From: Conidiobolus incongruus B7586
Lineage: Eukaryota
Length of the DNA stretch: 44,700 nt
NCBI GenBank assembly: GCA_000697335.1
Contig: JNEM01010216.1
Location: 1 to 44,700, forward strand
Direction: 5' to 3'
A program made the position numbers and the translations under genes. Positions 28,228-40,627 of the stretch are shown piece by piece; positions within the stretch are counted from its first letter, which is position 1, and every line of letters starts with the position of its first letter. The notes beneath the pieces were generated by a model that was given only the letters and a program-made list of their open reading frames with translations, did not search any database and was not told where the DNA came from.

Positions 28228-30419
28228 GCTCAGCCATTTTGAATAGTTAACTACTATATTTTTACAATTTTAATATTTTATTTTTTTTACTTGAAATAAA
28301 GTATTTTGTTCATTATTATCCATAATATTCTTTTATATTTCATGATTTCTTGAAATGGTCAGATTACATCTATTTCAAATATATATATATATTAAATCAA
28401 TTGCTGTATTTTCAAAATACCCGTCTGTCTTGACTTGATAGTTAAGTCCATATTATTCCTCATTCATAGTGGCTTTGTTGGTCCATAATCAAATAATGTT
28501 CTTTAATTCCTTTTATTAGAATTTATCCTTATCTTATGTCACACATTGAGTGAATTATTTAAACCCAGAAGTGACAAGGACAGAAGAGGGTTTTTTTGTA
28601 TATTCTGCTATGACATCTCAATAGTAAGTTTTAAGACATATGGTCCCAATATGTTAAAGAGCAGGATTAATATTTAATTTACTAAATTTTATTACAATTA
28701 CTTTTCTAACAATGATCTTTATTTACAAAACTTATTATACAGCACAACACAATGATAATTAATTATAGTTTATATAAATTAAAATTATAACTTGGCAATA
28801 TATACCATTGAGGTAATTATTTGAAAATGCTATTATCTAAGTACAAAATAATTATTTATATACAAAAAATATATATTTCAAAATAAACAATTTTTAATAT
28901 GGAATTATCATAAACATAAAAAATTTAAATAAAAATAATTGTCAATAACTAAATCTATTGTACGTTAAAGAATTCCATATAATTAGTAAGTTATTTATTG
29001 ACTTAAATAGCTGCAGTAGCCTAGTTAAACATTAATATAAGAGCCTTATCTTCAATTCACTTGTTCTTTTAGTGTATTTTATAATGTACTATCTCCTTTT
29101 CAGAAAGATTACACAATTGAATTGATTATTCAAAGAAAATATGACTGTATTTGGAAGGAGAGCTATTTTTATTTTTTTTATTTGATTATATAATAATAGG
29201 ATTGATAATATTAAATTATTTATTTCAAATTATAAATTTTGGACTTAAAATGTGTAAGCATGCTGAAAAATAGCTAGTATTGATTGTTTAGATATTTAAG
29301 AACCTTTTCATTCAATCAAAATATATAATATTATTCTCTTTAATAATATTAGTAACAAATTGCATAGATGAATCATCAAGGATTATTATAATCTGCTTTG
29401 GTTAGGTATCATTCGTAGGAATTATAATTATAATTATCATCTAAAAGGTAGACCGCAAGAATCTAGCTGATTTTCAATCACAACTGCATCATCTTGAATT
29501 TAAAAAATGGAAGCTTATATTGTTTGTATATCAGTATAGTACCTAAGGCAATGTTGATGGAGCGATATTTTCGTTACTTGAGCAATTTGATTCTAATTAA
29601 TTGATAACAATATTTTAGAAAGTTTCTTCACTAATTTGAAATCAAAAAATTTCTTAATTCTCAAATTTCAATTTGATCAGGATATTTATATAATACTCGG
29701 CAAGCAAAAAAGTATGATTAGGGTATCTGATTGTTAGCATACATATTTGTTTTTTGAAACGTTAAATAGATAAGTTCACTCAAGAAATAGACCATTTAAC
29801 TTACTATTTTAATTAAGAATCTCATTCATGTAAATCGATAAACAATTTTTTTATTATAAATGAATAGATTTAGTTTTAAAATTTTTTAAAAAAATATCGT
29901 GTTAATCTATAGATCAATATTAATGTAGAGGGAATCAAGCATATTGTCAAGATAGATATTTTCCTTTTTAAGGTAATGATATTGATGGAAAAGCTTGTGA
30001 AGTATTCATTTTTTGAATGTAATTACAATATATGTGTTTTATATAGTCATATAGAAACTCTAGCTTAGAATAGAAGATGTTTGTTTATCGATAAAGATAT
30101 ACAGAATTGATGCCTTTTATCAACTATATTATAGGTGAAATACACTTATAGTATAATATAAAATTTTAAATATGTAAAAATAATATCTAGTTCATATATA
30201 CATCAACAAATTATTGACCCAGATTTGGGATCAGAATGTTTGATCTTAAATTTCACAGGATAAATTGATATTTATAGATTAGATATAATTTATTGCCTCA
30301 GAATTAAAGAAACAGGAAACTTTTAATTCTTGATTTCTCAAACATATTGTTAGTTCTAGAATATATATATAGTTTTAAACCATTTAAATATATAGATAGA
30401 TGCATAATTTTTGTTTATT

Positions 30420-32880
30420 AAAAAATTTAAAAATTTATTGTTGAATTTAATTATACCTAAATTAAACAACAATCATCAAAACTCTTTTATTTTAGTATCA
30501 ATAAAACTTAACCATAAGCCCTTTAAAATTATTTAAAATTTACAAGCAGTTTTTAATAATGAAGCATTATTTAAATTAACAATTTATTACTAGGTAAATC
30601 ACTTTAAGGTTAAGAAAAAAAATTATCTAAAACTTGTTAAAATTTAAAAAACTAACTTTAACTATTACTCTTTCAATTATTAATAGAGTGAAAAAATATA
30701 TTAAAAAGCACCTTTTTATTTTAGTTTAAGAATTATCTAAGTACTTTAATATTAGTTTTATAAGTATTTTATATATATTAAAGTTTAAACTCAAATTAAT
30801 AAATAAAAATATAAAATATATATCTTATATTTTAACTAAAGCTTAAATAAAAGTTAAAGTAATTATTGTTAAATAAAACTTACTAAAATATTACTAAAAA
30901 CTTAAACTTTTATAGTAAATAATTATAATTAATAAATCTTAAATCACTATATATAATCTTTTATTAAAACACAAATTAAAATGTTAAATTAAGTTAAATT
31001 AACCTTTTTTATAAATCCTTTTAAATAAATATTTTATTAATAAACAAATATTAATTATTGTAATAAATTATAATAGTATATGTTATTCTTATTTAATCTT
31101 TAAAGGAAAATCAATTAATAATAAATTATATATTATTTTTTAAATAAAAATATTTCTAATTAGTGTTTTTAATATAATTTAAGAAAACCTATTATTTTAT
31201 ATGATAATTATAAAATATATAAATTTAAAGCTATAAAAAACCTTTTCATTAAAAATAACTGGAAAAAACTACCATATCTAGTATATTCTTTAAATTATAA
31301 CCTATGTAATTATAATTACTTTAAGTAATTAAAAAACTAGCTTATAAGAAAGAAAATTTCTACAAAAAAATTTAATTAGTTTATAAAATATTAAATTTTA
31401 ATCTTTAATAAAAAGAATTATTTTTTAAATGTTAAATCTTTGCTAAAAGTATAGCAAAAAGTTATTAATAATAAAAGAAACTATTAAATTTATATTATAT
31501 ATTTATATTTATATATTATATATTAAAATATTGATTTATTTTTAATCTCAAAAATTTCCTATTATTAAAAATATAGAGTAATAATTAAATAAATAAAAAA
31601 AACTATATTAAAAGACACTAGTTTTTTAGTTAAAGTTATTAAAGTACTAAAATATAAATTATATAAGTATACTTTATATATTAAAGCTTAAACATGAATT
31701 AATAAATAAAAATTAATAATAAATTCTTTATAATTTGACTAAAGATAAAAAAATTAATATAGTTATAACTAATTAAATCTAATATAATATAACTAAAAAT
31801 AAAAACTTTTATAACACACTATTTTAATTAATGAATCATAAATCTTTTTCAATTATTTTTTATTTAAAAATAAATCAAAATACTAGAATAAGTTAAATTA
31901 ATCCTTTTTATATATTTATAAATATAAATATTTAAAATAAATTTAAATTTTTTTAATAAATTATAATAATTTATATTATTTATGAAAAACAAGATCTTAA
32001 AGTCTTTAATATATATTTTAGATTTAAATAGATTATTTAATTCAAATGCTAATTTATACCATATAATGCTATATGGAGTTCTATAATATATTTCATATTA
32101 AATCCAATATATTTTATTAAAATTTATTTAATAAACATGATTTTTTTTCTTTTTTTTCAATTTATTTTGATTAATGATTTTCCTGGTAATTTATTTAACC
32201 AACATTTATCTTGTTAATTATAAGGCTACTCTTATCATTTATTACTAGCATATAATATTTTTTATTAGTTTAATTTACTATAATCATAAATAAGGCTATA
32301 TTATTCAAAATCAAAATTAAAGCTATTTTTTATTTGAAAGTCTTTTTATATACTATTGTTTTCCCTTGAATACAAGGTTATTTCCTATTATTACTTTTTG
32401 TTACTTATATTATTCTTATTTAGTTTTTAAAAGAAAATTAATTGATAATAGGATATATATTATTTTCTTGAACTTATTTTAAATTAATGTTTTTGAGAAT
32501 ATTTAAAAATAATTTTAATTTCATATTGATCATTATATATTTAAAATTGTTGAAAAATTTCTAATTAAAAATAATTAAAAATTACTACCATATTAAATAT
32601 ATTTACTCAATTATAATATATATAACTATAATTACTTTAAGTAATTAAAAAATTAGTAAATAAAAAGGAAATATTAAAAATTTATTTAGACTTGAAAATA
32701 TTAATTTCAGTCTTTAAAAAAATTATTCTTTAAGTGTTAAAAATTTATTAACAATATCAAAAAATATTAATAATAATAAAATATATTGATTTTATATTTT
32801 ATATTTTTCTTTGTAATTAACATTTTAAAAAATTTATTTTTAATCTCAAAAAATTATTTTTTAAAATCCGGAGTAATATT
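30420..32880 (+). repeat. AT-rich repeat: copy C (~30420-31580), then a partial tandem copy (~31590-31985 plus ~32405-32880) split by ~420 bp of other sequence
   Basis: 31610-31980 parallels 30700-31090, and 32405-32880 parallels 31080-31585. Both end in ttttaatctcaaaaa...gagtaata. Confidence 0.65.
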
Positions 32881-33919
32881 AACATATGAGGAAAGTATAA
32901 GCTTAGATGTATATAACTAGATGATGAGAAACAAACCTATATGTTTAGCTGATCAATGTATTATCAAATATAATAGATGTGATATTTCTTATAATATCAA
33001 AAATATAGGCTATCAAGTTATATTTGAAAATCAGTGAAATTGGAAGGAATTTGTGATTAATATAATTCGTATATCATTTTAATATAAAATTTTTATTTAA
33101 AACACTATCTCATTTTATTCTAAAAACTATACAATAAAATAACACTAATATTTTTCTTTTATTGTTTGAATCAGTTTATCGTATACTAACTTCTTATTAA
33201 TGAAATCCTTGTGAAGCATGATATAATAGGGTTATTGATATCAGAGATGATGCAAATAATGTTTGAAGGTTCATGGTGATGAATAGAAAATAGCCAGTGA
33301 ATATTACTTGTATTGAATAAGAATTATATATTTGTGGTATGTAACATATAATAAAAATAATGGTTGTTGCATACAAATAAATGGAAAAGTGTAGCTCTAA
33401 AGAATTCAGCAAAGTTGTATTTTTTATTTAATGTTATTTATGCTGAATGATTTGTTTGTTTGTATTCCTTTAATTGGATACTATCAACTTCCAAAAGCCA
33501 CTCTGTGTTATATTGGATCACACCATTTAATATAAAAACAGTCGCAGCTAATGGTGCTACAGATGTTGCTGAGTCTCTATACTGCAATGGTTTCGTAATT
33601 TTAGTTTTCTATGTCTTTTAAATATTATGATAGTATACTAACATATGCTATCAACTTTAAAATGAGCTTAGCGTCTTTTAACTCTAGCTTATCATTAATG
33701 CTATTTCCCTAATTAAATATACTGTATAACATAGTGAATTACTCTTTCCTTCTTGGAATGACAATAGCATTTACTACTATTGCCACTCAAGGATTTTTTT
33801 ATCATTTATATCAAAATTTTTATTGAAAAAAGGCCTGTTTTTAGTATTTTTATTAACAAATATATACATATACTTAAAGTATCTGTATCAATATATGTGT
33901 ATTCTAAGAAATATATTTA

Positions 33920-36798
33920 CTGTTCATTGAGTATTGTTTATGATTTTTCAGAGAAGCAGCGTCAGAGATTGAGAATATTCTTATCGATTGGTGTAATTCG
34001 TTTGTTCAAGCTACTTGTTAAAAGATCACTTTACTTGAAAGCATCATTCTGTATGTATCAATATTGATTTTATTATCTGGGTCAAAGTGATAATCATTGC
34101 TCTGATTTATATCCATCAAGTGAAATACATTTTGCTGTGTTTCAACCCTTTGACTTTTGATGCATTCACGCCCTTGAAGCGCTATTTATAGATTTCAAAT
34201 TTGTTTCTGTGGAATAAATAACATTTTGGAGTCACTAACACTATATCATCTTTTTTAGTCTCTATTTTAAAATGCCCAAATTCATCAAAAATAGCTTTGA
34301 GAATTCCTGACTTAAATGATCTACATCACTCATCTTTATAAATGATGAATTGACGGCCATTCCAAATACTTCTACCTTAAACAATAGTGCCATACATATG
34401 CCTATCCGCAAACCATATATTAACAATCTCCAAATTGTGGTTGTGTTCGGTGTTACTTTATGCTTATGCCACTTTACAGTAATATAATTCCTGGATAGGA
34501 AAAGCTCAGTTATGTTATTATCAATTTTGGATACAAACGCATCATATGCCTTGAAGTGTACAAGAAGTGCACATAATGTATCATGCTTTCTTTGCACAAA
34601 TCTCTCTTATAAAGTCTTAATTGCTAGTGTACAGAATTCCCTTAGAGCTTGATTGTATTCTGTATCTTTTGTCTTCTTAAGCTCATCTTGATTCTTCACC
34701 GTTAAGCTTTTTAAAGTACTTATCGAAAATCGGCTTTGAGCATTTTTCCTAATATATTACATTTGTGAAATATCTAATTCATATTTCTTCGAGCGTTCTA
34801 TATCAAAACTTGTTAGTACGCATTTATCAGAGTCGTAATGTTCCCAGTCGAGTCCTTGACCTTTGATTCGGAGTAGTATAAAACTTGGATTGGGTCTTTT
34901 TTTCACATTTTATACCCGAATCATGTCTTCAATATATTTTTGTATTTCATTAGGTTGCCCAATTAGAAATTCCTTATCACCATCACATAGAGATATAGCG
35001 ATGTAACATCATTTGAACTCATTTTAGAAAACTCTCCAAGTTTTATGTTTGTTCTTTCTCCATATATGTTTTTGCAAATAAAATCCTCATAATAGGGTGC
35101 TTGACAATTGGAAGCTTAAATCCATTATAGGCACTGGGTTTGAATAATAAATATGTTATTAATACTGCTTTAGGAATTGTCTCAATACGCGTGTTAGTTA
35201 GAATACGTACAGCATCTTTGCTCATAACGAAGAATTCTTTTAAGATTTTAGCATCAATAAGCACATACTCAGAGATATGCTCTTAATTTTCATGGATAAA
35301 TATCTCAAGCTTACCTTTATATCTTTTTTGTTACACCCCTGCATGCTTGAAAGATAGTTTACTCATTTCACATTGAAATAATTTACATACATAGGCGAGC
35401 AGATAATACAGTATATAAGATAGATCAATGTATTTAAAACTTTTACATGCAAAGGATAGAATGGAATCTTTAGCAATGAGAGTATGCTTGGGTAGAAACT
35501 CCTTACTGGTAAATTCGTCTAACAGTAAAAAATTATCTAAAAAGGAGTTGTTGAATTCAAGAAGGCACACTGTGCAGTGCAAACTTTGCTTGTCCAGTAA
35601 ATCAGCAAGAGACATGCTATAATGATTAAGACTGACTTTTTCTCATACAACGCCCTTTGGGTTGCCTTTATGCATGGCTAGAAGTATTGACCAAGTTTGC
35701 ATGACTTTGGATTGTAAGTTGCCTCTTAGTCAAAGAAGTAATAAGATGCTGCTTCACTACAATCTTCATCAGGCTTAATTGCTTCCTAGTATTGTGCATA
35801 TTCATTAACCCCCAAATTTTCAATTACACGTTTAGCTCTATATTATCAAACTATTATGTAAAAGTGGTTGTCTTTCAGTAATAAATTAGCCTTGATATCA
35901 TAATTTACTTTAGTTTTGCATATGTAATTGTGCAATATTTCAAGGACTGTGAGCCACCTCTATGATCAACTATATGCATATCTTGAGTGTCTATTATTAA
36001 ATTGACAGCAGCCTCAAAAATAGGTTTGAGTAAGTGTACATGTGCAACATCAAGCTATACTCATGGAGCATCATCAATAGCTTTCCTGATATTATCTTCA
36101 TTGCAAAAAATGAGTTTGGGTGATGAGAATTTTAAAGTATCGAATTAAACAGTTATTATTAAAGGAAATAATATCTTTGATGACATAGAAGTTATGCTGA
36201 GTGTCTCCAATGCCACCACCAGTATTATCGGGGCGAGTAATCATATTAATTTCTTGGGAGATGAGATTGAAATTATGAATATGCTCTAAAGAGTTATCCA
36301 AGTTGTAATAGAAGTTACCATCCTACAGTTCCTTCCCGGTCATAAGATGATGTACACAGTTGAGCGATTAAATGCGATTGATACCAGTGTAACGGAACGA
36401 AAAGCAAAGAATATTTTCATCAATACCTAGAAAGCTAACAACAAAATTGTTTGGAAAGTCTTGAGCATTGTTGAGAGCGTTATTAAAAATATTAACTAGT
36501 TCACTATGTGTTGGAGGGTTGTTATCACCTGGTAATCAATAATGAATCTCACAAATACCTGTATTAGTTGTTCTAACTGAATAATTATACCATTGATCGA
36601 ATTGAAATAGTTGGATAGAGGGTTCAGAAGCATATCCAATATTCATTAAGGACATCCGGTACTTGATACCGGCCATACGCAAAAACTCCATGGGACAGTA
36701 TTGTTAGAGAAATTATAGTCGTTTTCAGAAACATACTGCCCTATATGAGATGCCACCTCGTTGAACTCAGGTGGTTGATTTTCTGAGTTGGAATTCAT
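33920..36798 (-). pseudogene. Decayed protein-primed family B DNA polymerase (pPolB), ~2.9 kb, Polinton/virus/linear-plasmid type
   Basis: Ordered minus-strand motifs across stops and frameshifts: NLLLKDNHFYII, ExoI YYFFD*EAT (~35718-35744), ExoII FNNSFLDNFLLL, ExoIII EYVLIDAKILKE, motif A DVTSLYLYVM (34981-35010), motif B YNQALREFCTLAIKTL*ERFVQR (~34590-34660), decayed motif C GMAVNSSFI, VTPKCYY and RFKGVN (~34165-34185). Confidence 0.8.
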
Positions 36799-37049
36799 TT
36801 TGTGATGCTTTTACAAACTATACTTTGTGTTAAAATTTAGTCTTACTTTATCATTAAAATATATAAGGGAACGATATAATAGAAAATAATTGTCAAAGCT
36901 AGACCTCTCTGTCCGTTTTAGTACTCTGTCATCAATACAATCCACGGTAAATAGTAATTTGAATAATTAGTCCTTCTTACCAGGGCTTCGCGACCTTTGG
37001 TCCCTACACCTTTATATTAGCTTTTGTTTCAATGTAAATAATATCCTCG

Positions 37050-40000
37050 AAACCTGGTAATAGGGGAGTCAAACACGATCATTGATCGAGAGAGGGGTAG
37101 AAATCCAAGAATGACCAGAATGTTCTAAGGTGTAAAACGCTTCAGGAAATGGGCCTTCGATAAGGATTTGACTGGCTCAATCATATTCTCAAGAATTTAG
37201 ATGTAAGCCAACCTATCCAGAAGACTCTGAACGGGATACTAAATCAAGGATTGGTAGAATGCACTGAGATATAGCATGGAGAGAAAATATTGATGCTCAC
37301 AATACAATCACTCATAACATATCCGAACACCTATCAGTATGAGCCTCCTTCAGAATGGGAATTGATGATAACTCATACAAAAAGAAAATCTCAAGAAGCA
37401 TACCAAGAACAATTAATATTCCGGTCTAGAAAAAATAGTCTCGAGCCTAATCATTAACACAAATGACATGCAACTGAACTGGTCCTATTGAAAGATCAGC
37501 TTAATTGACCAATCTGCCGAATTAGATGCCATTACATCCATAATCAAAAAAAGAAATTAGATCCGTCTAGAATATGATTGAACACTTAAAGGACAACTGT
37601 AAAAACCACTTAAGTGACAACTGGATTAAAACTTATGAAAATACGAAAACCATATTCATCAAACTGCTAACAAAAGGTATAAATCCAACATAAAAAGGAA
37701 TAAGAAGATCTAGATCAGAAAAGAAGAGAACATCCCTAAAATAATGCTCAAGAAAATCAAACTCAACTCAGTAACAAGACCCTTAAACTCGATTTTAATA
37801 GAAAATGATAAAAATAACTAAAAATAGTCACAACGTCAATAAAGACATTTCTACTTTCTACAGTCAAGTCTTTGAGAAAGACGAGACAGTGTTACAAGAT
37901 ATAGATGATTTCATAAATCCATATTTAGAATATAACGAAAAAGTCAAGATAACACGCATGGAAGTTCGAATCCTCAGAAGCGAAAACACATTGGACGACA
38001 TCAAAGGAGCTATTAAAGAAGCTCCAAGGAACAAAGTACTAAGACCGGATGGCATCTCTGTTGAGGTCTACATAAAGGTCTCTAAACATATAACCCTGAC
38101 ATTACACACTCTACAACAATTTCATGAAGGGGCAGGATATCCTTCGGCTTATCTCATCCCAATGTACCCTAATCTTTAAAAAGAAAGGAGGGAGAAGAGA
38201 GCCAGGTAATTGGAGACCTATCTGCTTATTGAATACTAACGGAAAGCTCCACTCCAGGTTAATAGCCAAATACCTTTAGACCACAATATGCAGAAAAAAA
38301 CTAAACAAAAAACAGTTTGGCCCCATCGATAGTAGGCCAATTTAGGCTAATATCTGGTGCATAAAAAATAAAACAGAAATAGGCACATAAGTATATATAA
38401 TGACCATATTGCTTTCTTGGGCTTAGAGAAATGATATGATAGATTATCGTGATCATGCATTAACCATCTATTAGCTCCTAACAACATGCCGAAAGAGATC
38501 ATGAACTATCTAGAGGATTATATGGATAACTAACAATGCACGCTATTAACTCCATTTTACCCCAACCAGGCTATCTCAATTAACAAAGGCTTAGACACGT
38601 GGATCTGTCGTCCTCATTACATTTCAATACCACCATAGATCTCCTACTACACTCAATTGAAAGCAAATCGAGTGGGACCAATCACAATAACAATAAAATT
38701 AAGATGCTACCATTTGCGGATGGCATAGCAACAGTGATAAGAAACACGGAAGAATGGACAATGCTAAAATAAATGCTATCGAAACGCTTCAGAGCTTTAA
38801 ATGCCAAATTTAGCTATAAGGAAACTGCCTGGTTAAGATTAAGGAACATCGGTTTTGAAGCCATAAACGAAGAAAGTCCCCAAAGTATACTGACTAGGTG
38901 CCTGGAAGTTCTCCTGAACAAAAAGAGAGTGAACATCACAGCTAACGTTAATCACATCAAAGATAAAATCTACGAGGATTTCAATTCTTGGAAAAGCAAA
39001 GGCAATCTACAAGTTCATGCTGATGATCTTTCTATACTGGGCTCATATCATACCATTTGGCTAAGAACTTATGAATGAGGTCGACAAGATAATCAAACAA
39101 GTGGTCTAGTATCCTGACAAACCGAGAAGAACTATGGAAAGGTTGCAAACTCACCAATTCTATCGAAGGCTTAATTCACTAAAGCACCATAAATTATATG
39201 CTAAGATTTACCACTATTCCACTAATCCATAATTCATCTCAACAATGAAAGATCCTCTAAGGAACTTGCATTTAGCATCTAGATCTATACTATTCCAAGC
39301 ACTTACAGCTTCCGTTGACAACTGAAGTGTAATGATTCAGCATACACTCAACGGGTCTTCAAAACAAAAATAAAAGCGATCTTGGGCATTGATGCCTGTA
39401 CTGAAAAAAGGGGTTTAACAGATGAACATTGGAATTCACTTTACCTTAGAACCACCAACCTACCGCTTACTTTAATACGTAAATTAACTTTATTAATGAG
39501 ATCAATTATAATCCCTCTAACTACACAGGCACCATTTATCTGCCCTCAGTTAAAAATGCCAGAATATCCTACGAAAGTCCCCCAAGCCTCTGGAAAACCA
39601 TTCATAACACGAAAATCCCTCTGAAAATAAAAGCAATCACTTAGAAACTTCTTGCCAGTGCAATATTTATCCCGGCATGACTACCAGAAGATCACGAAGG
39701 AAAGAAGTATTCGTATGGTTGTGGCAAGGATGACTCATCAACTCGCAGGTACTACGATTGTGTGAGATTCGCTGACATCTGGATGACTTCCCCTGTCCAT
39801 ATATAAGGAGAAACACAGTAAGTCTATACACAAAGCTCCTAAAAATTAAAAAAAATCCTAGATTCCAACCCATTCTGGATCCTCTTAAATAACAGAACTG
39901 TCTATGCAATTACATATCATATTCATTCCCCATATATAACAGGCATGAAATCTTGAGATCCAATTGATATGAAAGATCCAGATTTTGAATAATGGAATAG
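37050..40000 (+). mobile_element. Decayed, 5'-truncated non-LTR retrotransposon (L1-like ORF2: APE end, RT, Cys-rich C-terminus)
   Basis: SRIGR and SEH (APE SRID/SDH relics, ~37240-37335). RT relics: KVLRPDGISVEVY, GNWRPICLLNTNGKL, FLGLEK*YDRL, KGLRHVDLSSSLHFN and LPFADG. zf-RVT-like LWKTIHNTKIPLKIK..CGKDDS..YYDC..W at ~39590-39790. Many stops and frameshifts. Confidence 0.85.
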
Positions 40001-40627
40001 AGTAATGACCTTCTCTATGTCAAGTGTACGCCCAAGAGAAACTGCGTAATAAGGGGAAACTCTGCCCTATCCAAGCTAACAAATATATTGTCGCGGATCG
40101 GGAGGTCCGCTCGCCATCCAACTTCAACCATTCGTCTTTATTCCTAACGTGATCCACACACAAGTACGTTACACAATCCTTGTACAATGCGAAATTCGGG
40201 ACAGCTACAAATGGTGTTTCAGCATATTGGCTAGGGACTGATAGCACTATAAAATCGCCACTGAGCACATATTTGCTCGGTGGTTCACCTCGATCAGGGT
40301 CAAGCACTGGATCTCGACATTTTAATGAAACTCTTTAAAGTATCTTGTTAGCCACCCTTGACCCGTTTTATCGAATCATCCTGATCCTTATTACCAGGTT
40401 ACTTCCCAGCAGATCTGCAATATTTCCTCACGGTCTAAAAAATAGTTTTAAATGCTCCCTATTCCATAATTCCAACAGACCCCTATTATCCGATTACCCC
40501 GACATTATCACATCCATACACTCCAAATGATTGGAGTACTACCGATTCATCTAGCTTATGGGATCGAATTTACAATATATGTTAAATTTTTTCCATAGAA
40601 TATCTATTTATCTCTTTTTGAATATAT

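Noticed and set aside
28561..28597. AAACCC...GGGTTT plus T-run resembling an intrinsic terminator
   Set aside because: The context is eukaryotic, and a short stem with a long loop is likely chance.
33780..35622. Plus-strand ORFs 33780-34067 and 35428-35622 as genes
   Set aside because: They lie mostly or entirely antisense to the pPolB pseudogene and have no recognisable motifs.
32880..37050. Canonical Polinton TIRs, 6-bp TSD, integrase or capsid genes around the pPolB relic
   Set aside because: I looked by eye and found none, so the element class remains unresolved.
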